Below are positions 37,307 through 49,600 of a stretch of 64,000 nt of DNA, piece by piece. A program made the translations under genes and the position numbers. The DNA is taken from contig CP068257.2 of the NCBI GenBank assembly GCA_009914755.4, positions 10,016,001 through 10,080,000 on the forward strand. The letters run 5' to 3'. The notes below the pieces were generated by a model, which ran no database searches, was not told the DNA's origin, and worked only from the letters and a program-made list of their open reading frames with translations. Source of the stretch: the human T2T-CHM13v2.0 reference genome, Homo sapiens. Position 1 is the stretch's first letter; the number at the start of each line of letters is the position of its first letter.

Positions 37307-40300
37307 CCAGTTTTGAACATTCTTTTTGTAGAATCTGCAAGTGGACATTTGGAGTGCATTGCAACCTATGGTAGCAAAGGAAATATCTTCACATAAAATC
37401 TAGAAAGAAGCAACCTGAGAAACTTCTTTGTGATGTGTGCATTCATATCACAGAGTTAAACATTTCTTTTGATGGAGAAGTTTTGAAACTATCTTTTTGT
37501 AGATCTAGCAATTGGACATTTGGAGCACTTTGAGGCCTATGGTGGAAAAGGAAATACCTTCACATAAAAACTAGAGAGAAGAGTTCTGAGAAACTTCCTT
37601 GTGATTCATACGTTCATCTCACAGATTTGAACCTTTCTTTTGATGGAGCAGTTTTGAAACTCTCTTTTTGTAGAATGTGCAAGTGGACGTTTGGAGCGCT
37701 TTGAAGCCTATGGTGTAAAAGGAAATATCTTCACATAAAAACCAGATAGAAGCTTTCTGAGAAACTTCTTTGTGATATGTGCATTCGTGTCCCTGACTTG
37801 AGCATTTCTTTTGAAGGACCAGTTTTCAAATACTGTTTTTGTAGAATCTGCAAGTGGACAATTCGAGTGTCTTGAGGCCTATGGTGGAAAAGAAAATATC
37901 TTCACATAAAAACTGGACAGAAGAATTCTGAGAAACCTCTTTGTGATGTGTACATTCGTATCTCAAAGTTTAATCTTTCTTCTGAAGGACCAGTTTTGAA
38001 ATCCTCTTTTTGAAGAATCCGCTAGCAGACATATTGTACGCCTTGAGGCGTATGCTGGAAAAGGAAATATCTTCACATAAAATCTAGACAGAAGCAATCT
38101 GAGAAACTTCCTTGTAATGTGTTCATTTATCTCACAGAGTTAAACCTTTCTTTTGATTGAGCAGTCTTGAAACTCTCTTTTTGTAGAATCTGTAAGTGGA
38201 CATTTTGTGTGTTTTGAAGCCTATGGTGGAAAAGGAAATATCTTCACATAAAAATCAGATAGAAACATTCTGAGAAACATCTTTGTGATGTGTACATTCA
38301 TCTCACAGAGTTAAACCTTTCTTTTGATAGAGCAGTTTTGAAACTCTCTTTTGTGGAAACTGCAAGTGGACATTTCGAGCACCTTGAGTCCTATGGTGGA
38401 AAATGTAATATCTTCACACAAATATTAGATAGAATAATTCTGAGAAACTTCTTTGTGATGTGTGCATTCACCTCAAAGAGTTGAACCATTCTTTTGATTG
38501 AGGAGTTTGGAAACACTCTTTTTGTAGTATCTGCAGGTGGACATTTGGAAAGCTTTTTGGCCTATGATAGAGAAGGAAATATCTTCACATAAAATCTAGA
38601 CAGAAGAAATCTGAGAAACTTCCTCGTGATGTGTGCATTCATCTCATAGAGTTAAAACTTTCTTTTGATTGAGAAGTTTTGAAACTCTCTTTTTTAAGTC
38701 TGCAAGTGGACATTTGGAGCAGTTTGAGGCCTGTGGTGGAAAAGGAAATATCTTCACATAAAAACTAAACAGAAGAATTCTGAGATAGTTTTTGTGATGT
38801 GTGTGTTCACCTCACAGAGTTGAACCATTCTTTTGGATGAGCAGTTTGGAAACACTCTTGTAGAATCTGCAAGTGGATATTTGGAGTGCTTTGCGGCCTA
38901 TGGTAGAAAAGGAAATATCTTCACATAAAATCTAGACAGAAGAAATCTGAGAAACCTCTTCATGATGTGTGCATTCATACCCAGAGTTTAAGCTTTCTTT
39001 TGATGGGTCAGTTTTGGAATACTCTTTTTGTTGGATCTGCAAGTGGACATTTTGAACACCTTGAGGCCTATGGTGGAAAATGAAATATCTTCACGTAAAA
39101 ACTAAACAGAAGAATTCTGAGAAACTTCTTTGTGATGCGTGCATTCACCTCACAGAGTTGAACATTTCTTTTGATTGAGCAGTTTGGAAACACTCTTTTT
39201 GTAGAATCTGCAAGTGGACATTCAGAGGGCTTTGTGGCCTATGGTAGAAAAGGAAATATCTTCACATAAAATCTCGACAGAAGCAACCTGAGAAACTTAT
39301 TTGTGATGTGTGCATTCATCACACAGAGTTAAAACCTTTTTTTAATTGAGCAGTTTTGAAACTCTCTTTTTGTAGAATCTGGACGTAGACAAGTGCAGCA
39401 TTTTCAGGCCTATGGTGGAAAAGGAAATATCTTCACATAAAAACTAGACAGAAGAAATCTGAGAAACTTCCTTGTGATGTGTCTGTTCATCTCACAGAGT
39501 TGAAACTTTCTTTTCATTGAGCAGTTTGGAAACATGCTTTTTGTAGAATCTGCAAGTGGACATTCAGAGGGCTTTGTGGCCTATGGTAGAAAAGGAAATA
39601 TCTTCACATAAAATCTAGACAGAAGCAATCTGAGAAAATTCTTTCTGATGTGTGCATTCATCTCACAGAGTTAAACCTTTCTTTTGATTGAGCAGTTTTG
39701 AAACTCTTTTTGTGGAATCTGCAAGTGGACATTTGGAGTGCTTTTCGGCCTATGATAAAAAAAGAAATATCTTCACATAAAATCTAGACAGAAGCCATCT
39801 GAGAAACTTCTTTGTGATGTCTGCATTCATCTCATAGAGTTAAAATTTTCTTTGAATGAGCACTTTTGAAACTCTCTTTTGTAGAATCTGCAAGTGGACA
39901 TTTGGAGTGCTTTGAGACCTATGATAGGAAAGGATATATCTTCACATAAAATCTAGACAGAAGCAATTTGAGAAACTTCACCATGATGTATGTATTCAAG
40001 TCACAGAGTTAAACCTTTCTTTTTAATTGAGCAGTTTTTTTTTTGTTTGTTTGTTTGTTTTTTTAGAATCTGTTAGTGGACGTTTAAGGCGCTTTGAGGC
40101 CTATGAAGGAAATGGAAATATCTTCACCTAAAAACTAAACAGATTTCTGAGAAACTTCTTTTTGATGTGTACGTTCATCTCACAGAGTTGAACCTTTCTT
40201 TTATTGAGCAGTTTGGAAACACTCTTTTCGCAGAATCTGCAAGAGTATATTTGGAGAGTTTTGAGGCCTATGGAGGAAAAGAAATATCTTCAGATAAAAA

Positions 40301-43300
40301 CTAATTAGAAGCATTCTGAGAAACTCCTTTGTGATGAGTGCATTCATGTCCCAGAGTTCAACATTTCTTTTGATGGGCCAGTATTGAAATAATCTTTTTG
40401 TGGAATCTGCAAGTGGACATTTGGAACGCCTTGAGGCCTATGGTGGAAAATGAAATATCTTCACGTAATAACTAGACAGAATAATTCCAGGAAACTTCAA
40501 TTGTGATGTGTGCATTCATCTCACAGAGCTGAACCTTTCTTTTGATTGAGAAGTTTGGAAACACTCTTTTGGCGAATCTGCAAGTGGAAAATTTGTATGC
40601 TTTGCAGTCAATGGTAGAAAAAGAATAATCTTCAATTAAAATCTACACGGAAGCAATCTGAGAAACTTCTTTGTGATATGTGCATTCATCTCACAGAGTT
40701 AAACCTTTATTTTGACTGAGCAGTTTTGAACTCTCTTTTTATATAATCTGCAAGTGGACGTTTGAACAGATATGAGGCCTACGGTGGAAAAGGAAATATC
40801 TTCACATAAAAACTAGAAAGAAGAATTCTGAGAACCTTCTTTGTGATGCATGCGTTCATCTCACAGATTTGAACCTTTGTTTGGATTGAGTAGTTTGGAA
40901 ACACTCTTTTTGTAAAATCTGCAAGTGGACATTTGGAGCACTTTGCGGCCTAAGGTAGAAAACAAATATCTTCACATAAAATTTAGACAGAAGCAATCTG
41001 AGAAACTTCTTTGTGATGAGTGCATTCATCTCACAGAGTTAAACCTTTCTTTGGATTGAGCAGTTTTGAAATTCTCTTTTTGTAGAATCTGCAAGTGAAC
41101 ATTTGGTGGGCTTTGAGGCCTTTGGTGGAAAAGAAAATATCTTTATATTAAATTTAGACAGAAGAATTCTGAGAAACTGTTTTGTGATGTGTGCGTTCAT
41201 CTCACAGAGTTGAATCTTTCTTTTGATTGAGCAGTTTGGAAACAATCATTTGTAGGATCTGCAAATGGCCATTTGGAGTGCTTTGTGGCCTGTGGTAGAA
41301 AAGGAAATATCTTCACATAAAATCTAGAAGGAAGCAATCTGAGAAACTTCTTTCTGATGTGTGCATTCATGTCACAGAGTTAAAACTTTCTTTATATTGA
41401 GCAGTTTTGAACCTCTCTTTTTGTAGAATCTGCAAGTGGATGTTTAGAGCGATTTGATACCTATGGTGGAAAAGAAAATATCTTCACAAAAAAACTAGAC
41501 AGAAGAATTCTGAAAAACTACTGGTGATGTTTGCGTTCATCTCACAGAGTTCAAAGTTTCTTTTGATGGAGCATTTTGGAAACACTCATTTTCTAGAATC
41601 TTCAGGTGGACATTAGGAGGGCTTTGAGGCCTATGGTGAAAAAGGAAATATCTTCACATGAAAACTAGAGAGAAGAATTCTGTGAAAGTTCTTTTGTTGT
41701 GGGCGTTCATCTCACCCAGATGAACCTTCTTTTGATTGAGCAGTTTGGAGACTCTCCTTCTTTAGAATCTGTAAGTGGATATTTGGAGACCTTTGTGGCC
41801 TATGGCAGAAAAGGAAATATCTTCATATAAATCTCTGCCGCAGCAACCTGAGAAACTTCTTTGTGATGTGTGCATTCATCTGACAGAGTTGAACCTTTCT
41901 TTTGATTGAGCAGTTTTGCAACTCTCTTTTTGTAGAATCTGCAAGTGGACATTTTGAGGGCTTTGAGGACTAAGGTGGAAAAGGAAATATCTTCACATAA
42001 AAACTAGACAGAAGAACTATGAAAAACTTCTTTGTGATATGTGCGTTCATCTCACAGAGTTGAAACTTTCTTTTGATTCAGCAGTTTGGAAACACTCTTT
42101 TCGTAGAATCTGCCAGTGGACATTTGGAGTGCTTGGCGGCCTATAGTAGAAAGGGAAATATCTTCATCTTAAGTCTAGACAGAAGCAATCTGAGAAACTT
42201 CTTTGTGAAGTGTGCATTCATCTCCAAGAGCTGAACCTTCCTTTTGATGTATCAGTTTTGAAATACTCTTTTTGTAGAATCTGCAAGTGGACATTTGGAA
42301 CGCCTTGGGGCCAATGGTAGAAAAGGGTATATCTTCATTTAAAATCTAGACAGAAGCAATCTGAGAAACTTCTTTGTGATGTAGGCATTCATCTGACAGA
42401 GTTAAACCTTTCTTTTGATTGAGCAGTTTGGAAACTCTCTTTTTGTAGAACCTGCAAATGGACATTTGGAGAACTTTGAGTCCTATGATGGAAAAAGAAA
42501 TATTCTCACATAAAAACTAGACAGAATAATTCTGAGAAACTTCTTTTTGATGCGTGTGTTCATCTCAAAGAGTTGAGCCTTTCTTTTGATTGAGGAGTTT
42601 GGAAACACTTTATCTTGTAGAATCTGCAAGTGGACATTTGGAGCGTTTTGCAGCCTATGGTAGAAAAGGAAATATCTACACATAAAATCTAGACAGAAGC
42701 TATCTGAAAATCTTCTTTGTGATGCGTGCATTCATATTCCAGAGTAAAGCCTTTCTTTTGATTCAGCAGTTTTGAAACTCTCTTTTTGTGTAATCTGGAA
42801 GTGGACATTTGGAGGGCTTTGAGGCCGATGGTGGAAAAGGAAATATCTTCAAAAATAAACTAGACATAAGCATTCTGAATAACTTCTTCATGATGTGTGC
42901 ATTCATCTCCCAGAGTTGAAGCTTTCTTTTAATGGACCAGTTTTGAAATACTCTTTTTGTAGAATCTGCAAGTGGACATTTCGAGCACCCTGAGGCCTAT
43001 AGAGGGAAAAGAAATACTTTCAGATAAAAATGAGACAGAAGAATTCTGAGAAACTTCTTTGTGATTTGTGCGTTCATATCACACAGGTGAAACTTTCTTT
43101 TGATTGAGCAGTTTGGAAACACTCTTTTTGTAGAATCTGCCAATGGACATTTGGTGTGCTTTGAGGCTTATGGTAGAAAAGGAAATCTCTTCACAGAAAA
43201 TCCAGACAGAAGCAATCTGAGAAACTTCTTTGTGATGTGTGCATTCATCTCACAGAGTGAAACCTTACTTTTGATGGAGTAGTTTTGAAATTCTCTTTTT

Positions 43301-46300
43301 GTAGAATCTGCAAATTGACATTGGGAGTGCTTTGAGGCCTACAGTGGAAAAGGAAATATGTTCACATAAAAACTAGACAGAAGCATTCTGAGAAACTTCT
43401 TTGTGATGTGTGCATTCATCTCAAAGAGTTGAAACTTTCTTTTGATGGACCAGGTTTGAAATACTCCTTTTGTAGAATCTGCCAGGGGGCATTTCGAGCA
43501 CCTTGAGGCCTAAGGTGAAAGTGAAATATCTTCATATAAAATCTTGACAGAAGCAATCTTAGAAACTTCTCTGTGATGTGTGCATTCATCTCACTAAGTG
43601 AAACCTTTCTTTTGATTGAGCAGTTTTGAAACTCTCTTTTTGTTGAATCTGCAGTTGGACACTTGGAGCGCTTTGAGGCCTAAGGTGGAAAAGGAAATAT
43701 CTTCACATAAAAACTAGACAGAAGAATTCTGAGAAACTTCTTTGTAATGTGTGCGTTCATTTCACAGAGTTGAACCTTTCTTTTGATTGAGCAGTTTTGA
43801 AACACTCTTATTGTAGAATCTGCATGTGGACATTTGGAGCACTTTGTGGCCTATGGTAGAAAAGGAAATATCTTCACATAAAATCTAGACAGAAGCAATC
43901 TGAGAAAATTCTTTGTGATGTGTGCATTCACCTTACAGAGTAAAACCTTTCTTTTGATTGAGCACTTTTAAAACTCTCTTTTTGTAGGATCTGCAAGTGG
44001 ACATTTGTAGCACCTTGAGGCCTATGATGGAAAAGGAAATATCTTCACTTAAAAAATAAACAGAAGAATTCTGAGAAACTTCTTTTTTATATGTGTGTTC
44101 ATCTCACAGAGTTGAACCTTTGATTGAGCAGTTTGGAAACTCTCTTTTTGTAGAATCTGCAAGTGGACATTTGGAGTGTTTTGTAGCCTATGGTAGAAAG
44201 GGAAATATCTTTACATACAATCTAGACAGAAGTAATCTGAGAATCTTCTCTGTGATGTGTGCATTCATCTCACAGAGTTAAGCCTTTATTATGATTGAGC
44301 ACTTTTGAAACTCTCTTTTTGTAGAATCTGCAATTGGACATTTGGAAGGCTTTGGGGCCTATGGTGGAAAAGGAAATATCTTCACATAAAAACAAGATAG
44401 AAGCGTTCTGAGAAACTTCTTTGTGATGTGTGCATCCATCTCCCAGAGTTGAACCTTTCTTTGGATGGACCAGTTTTGAAATACTGTTTTTGTAGGATCT
44501 GCAAGTGGACATTTTGAGCGCCTTGAGGCCTACGGTGGAAAAGGAAATATCTTCACATAGAAACTAGACAGAAGCATTCTGAGAAACCTCTTTGTGATGT
44601 GTGCATTCATCTCAAGGAGGTGAAACTTTCTTTTGATGGACCAGGTTCGAAATTCTCCTTTTGTAGAATCTGCCAGGGGGCATTTTGAGTGCCTTGAGGC
44701 CTATGGTGGAAAATGAAATATCTTCATATAAAAACTAGACAGAAGCATTCTGAGAAAGTTCTTTGTGATGTGTGCATTCATCTCACAGAGTTGAATCTTT
44801 CTTTTGATTGAGAAGTTTGGAAACACTGTTTTTGTAGAATCTGCAAGGGGCAGTTGGAACGCTTATTGTTCTATGGTGGAAAAGGAAATAACTTCATATA
44901 AAATCTAGACAGAAGCAATCTGAGAAACTTTTTGTGATGTGTGCTTTCATCTCACAGACTTAAACCTTCCTTTTGATTGAGCAGCTTTAGAAATCTCTTT
45001 TTGCAGAATCTGCAAGTGGACATTTGGAATGCTTTTAGGCCTATGGAAGAAAAGGAATTATCTTCACATAAAAACTAGCCAGAAGAATTCTGAGAGAATT
45101 CTTTGTGATGTGTGCATTCATCTGGCAGAGTTGAACCTTTCTTTTGATTGAGCAGTTTGGAAACACTCTTTTTGTAGAACCTGCAAGTGGACATTTGGAG
45201 CACTTTGCGGCCTATGGTAGAAAAGGAAATATCTTCACAAAAAATCTAGACAGAACCATTCTGAGAAACGAGTTTTTCTTGTGTGCATTCATCTCACAGA
45301 GTTAACCATTTCTTTTGATTGAGCATTTTTGAAACTCTATTTTTGTAGAATCTGCAAGTGGACATTTGGAGCACTTTGAGGCCTATGGTGTAAAAGGAAA
45401 TATCTTCACATAAAAACTAGATAGAAGCATTCAGAGAAACTTCTTTGTGATGTGTGCAATCATTTCCCAGAGTTAAACCTTTTTTTCTGATGGACCAATT
45501 ATGAAATAGTCTTTTTGTAGAATTTGCAGTTGGACATTTCGAGCACCTTGAGGACTATGGTGGAAAATGAAATATCTTCACATAAAAACTAGACACAAGT
45601 ATTCTGAGCAACTTCTATGTGATGTGTGCATTCATCTCACAGAGTTGGACCTTTCTTTTGATTGAGAAGTTTGTAAACCCTCTATTTGGAGAATCTGCAA
45701 GTGTACATTTGGAGTGCTTTGCCACCTATGGTAGAAAAGGAACTATCTTCACATAAAATCTAGACATAAGCAATCAGAGAAACTACTTTGTGTTTTGTGC
45801 ATGCCCCTGAGAGAGTTAAACCTTTCTTTTGATTGAGGAGTTTTGAAACTCTCTTTTTGTAGAATCCGCAAGTCGATATTTGGAGGGCATTAAGGCCTCT
45901 GGTGGAAAAGGAAATATCTTCACATAAAAACTAAACAGAAGAATTCTGAGAAACTTCTTTGTGATGCGTGCATTCATCTTACAGAGGTGAACCTCTTTTT
46001 TGATTGAGCTGTTTGGAAACATTCTTTTTGTGGAATCTACAAGTGGATATTTGGAACGCTTTGGGGCCTGTGGTAGAAAAGGAAATATCTTCACATAAAA
46101 TCTAGACAGAATCAACCTGACAAACGTCCTTGTGACGTGTGCTTTTGTCTAAGAGAGTTAAACCTTTCTTTTGATTGAGGAGTTTTGAAACTCTCCTTTT
46201 GTAAAATCTGCAAGTGGATATTTGGAGTGCTTTGAGGCCTATGGTGGAAAAGGAAATATCTTCACATAAAAACTAGACAGAAGAGTTCTGAGAAACTTCT

Positions 46301-46650
46301 TTGTGATGTGTGCGTTCATCTCACAGTGTTCAAAGTTTCTTTTCATGGAGCAATTTGGAAACACTCTTTTTGTAGAATCTTCAAGTGGACATTTGGAGGG
46401 CTTTGAGGCCTCTGGTGGAAAAGCAAATATCTTCACATGAAAACTGGAGAGAAGAATTCTGTGAAACTTTTTTCTGATACATGCGTCCATCTCACACAGA
46501 TGAACCTTCCTTTTGATTGGGCAGTTTGGAGACACTCTTTCTGTAGAATCTGCAAGTGGACGTTTGGAGCCCTTTGTGACCAATGGTAGAAAAGGAAGTA
46601 TCTTCATATAAATCTCTGCCGAAACAACCAGATAAACTTCTTTGTGATGT
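37307..46650 (+). repeat. Alpha satellite, plus orientation, D-type dimer-like monomers.
   Basis: Alternating AAAACTAGACAGAAGAATTCTGAGAAAC…GTTGAACC and AAAATCTAGACAGAAGCAATCTGAGAAAC…GTTAAACC monomers. The array begins mid-monomer directly at the L1 5'UTR remnant. Confidence 0.9.
40035..40064. repeat. T10 plus a (GTTT)4-5 microsatellite that has expanded inside one alpha monomer.
   Basis: GCAGTTTTTTTTTTGTTTGTTTGTTTGTTTTTTTAGAATCTG replaces the usual GCAGTTTTGAAACTCTCTTTTTGTAGAATCTG. Confidence 0.8.
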
Positions 46651-49600
46651 GTACATTCATCTCACAGAGTTGAACCTTTCTTTTGATTGAGCAGTTTTGA
46701 AACACTCTTTTTGTAGAATGTGCAAGTGGATATTTGGAGCTCTTTGTGGCCTATGGCAGAAAAGGAAATATCTTCACATAAAAATTACAAAGAAGCATTC
46801 TGATAGACATGTTTGTGTTGAGTGCATTCAGCTCACAGAATTGAACCTATGTTTTGATTGAGCAGGTTTGAAACACTCTTTGTAGAATCTGCAAGTGGAT
46901 ATTTGGATCGATTTGACGCCTATTGTGGAAAAGGAAATATCTTCACATAAAACCTACACAGCAGCATTCTGAGAAACTTCTTTGTTTTGTGTGCATTCAA
47001 CTCATGGAGTCAAACCTATCTTTTGATTGAGCAGTTTTGAATCTCTCTTTTTGCATAATCTGTGAGTGGATATTTGGAGAGATTTGAGGCCTATTGTGGA
47101 AAAGGAAATATCTTCACAGCGAAACTACACAGAAGCATTCTGAGAAACTTCATGGTGATGTGTGCGTTCATCTCACAGAGATGAATCTTTCTTTTCATTT
47201 AGCAGTTTTGAAACACTGTATAATCTGCAAGCGGATAGTTGGAGTGCTTTGAGGCCTATTGTTGAAAAGAAAATATCTTCAAATGAAATCTACACAGAAG
47301 CATTCTGAGAAACCTCTTTGTGATGTGTGCATTCATCTCACAGAGTTGAACCTTTCTTTTGATTGAGCAGTTTTGAAAAACTCTTTATGTAGAATCTGCA
47401 AGTTGATATTTGGAGCGCTTAGATTCCTATTGTGGAAAAGGAAATATCTTTACATAAAAACTGCATAGAATCATTCTGAGAAACTTCTGTGGGATGTGTG
47501 CATTCATCTCACAATGTTGAACCTTTCTTTTCATTCAGCAGTTTTGAATCTTTCTGTTTGTAGAATCTGCAAGTGGATATATGGAGAGCTTTGAGGCCTA
47601 TGGTGGAAATGGAAATATCTTCACATAAAAACTACACAGAAGTATTCTGAGAAACACCTTTGTTAAGGTTAAGTGTGCATTAAACTCACAGAGTTGAAAC
47701 TTTCTTTTGATTGAGCAGTTTTGAATCTCTCTTTTGGTAGAATCTACAAGAGGATATTTGGAGCCATTTTCAGCCTATGGTGGAAAAGGAAATACCTTCA
47801 CATGAAAACTACAAAAAAGATTTCTGAGGAACTTCTATGTCATGTGTGCCTTCATCTCACAGAGTTGAACCTTTCTTTTGATTTAGCAGTTTGGAAACAC
47901 TCTTTTTGTTGTATCTACAAGTGACTGTTTGGACCACTTTGAAGCCTATGGTGGAAAAGGAAATATCTTTAAATAAAAACTACACAGAAGCATTCTGAGA
48001 AACTTCTTTGTGATGTGTGCTTTCATCTCACATTATTGAACCTATCTTATGATTGGGCAGTTTTGAAACACTCTTTTTATAGAATCTGCAAGTGTATATT
48101 TGGAGCCGATGTGGCCTATTGTGAAAAAGGAAATATCTTCACATAAAAACTACACAGAAGCATTCTGAGAAACCACTTTGTGATATGTGCATTAAACTCA
48201 CAGAGTTGAATCTATCTTTTCATTGAGCAGTTTTGATTCCCTCTTTTTGTAGGATTTGCAAGTGGTCATATGGAGCCCTTTGCGGCCTATGGAGGAAAAG
48301 GAAATATCTTCAAATAAAAACTACCCAGAAGCATTCTGAGGAACTTCTTTGCTATGTGTGCATTCAACTCACAGAGTTGAAACTATCTTATGATTCAGCA
48401 GTTTTGAAGCACTGTTTTTGTAGAGTCTTCAAGTGGATATTTGGAGCACTTTGAGGCCTACTGTGGAAAAGCAAATATCTTCACATAAAAACTGCACAGA
48501 AGCATTCTGAGAAACTTCTTTGTGATGTGTGCATTCAACTCACAGAATCGAACCTATATTTTGATGGAGCAGTTTTTAATCTCTCTTTTTGCAGAATCTG
48601 CAAGTGGATATTTGGAGGCCTTTGAAGCCTAGTGTGGAAAAGGAAATATCTTCACATAACAACTACACAGAAGCATTCTGAGAAACTTTTTGTGATGTGT
48701 GTATTCAACTCACAGAGTTGAACCTATGTTTTGATTGAACAGTTTTGAATCGCTCTTTTTGTAGAATCTGAGAGTGAATATTTGCAGTGCTTTTAGGTCT
48801 ATTGTGGAAAAGGAAATATTTTCACATAAAAACTACACAGAAGCTTTCTGAGAAATTTCTTTGTTATGAGTGCATTCATCACACATAGTTGAACCTTTCT
48901 TTTTGATTGAACAGTTTTGTAACACTCTTTATGTAGAAACTGCAAGTGGATATTTGGAGGGCTTTGAGGTCTATTTTGGAAAAGGCAATATCTTCATATC
49001 AAAACTACACAGAAGCATTCTGAGAAACTTCTTTGTGATGTGTACATTCAACTCACAGTGTTGAAACTATCTTTTGATAGAGCAGTTTTGAAACACTCTT
49101 TTTGTAGAATCTGCAAGTGTATATTTGGAAAGCTTTGAGGCCTACTGTGGAAAAGGAAATATCTTCATGTAAAAACTACACTTAGGCAGTCTGAGAAACT
49201 TCTTTATGATGTGTGCATTCATCATACAGATTTTAACTTCTTTTGATTGAGCAGATTTGAAACACTCTTTTTGTAGAATCGGCAGGTGGATATTTGGAGG
49301 GTTTTGAGGCCTATTTTGGAAAAGGAAATATCTTCACATAAAAACTACACAGAAGCATTCTGAGAAACATCTTTGTGATGTGTACATTCAACTCACAGAG
49401 TTGAACCAATGTCTTAGTGGAGCAGTTTTGAATCTTTTTGTGGAATCTTCAACCGGATATTTGGAGCCCTTATCAGCCTATGGTGGAAAAGGAAATATCT
49501 TTAAATAAACTCTACACGGAGGAATTGTGAGAAATTTCTTTGTGATGTGTGAACTCATCTCACAGAGTTGAAATTTCCTTTTGATTGAGCAGTTTTGAAA

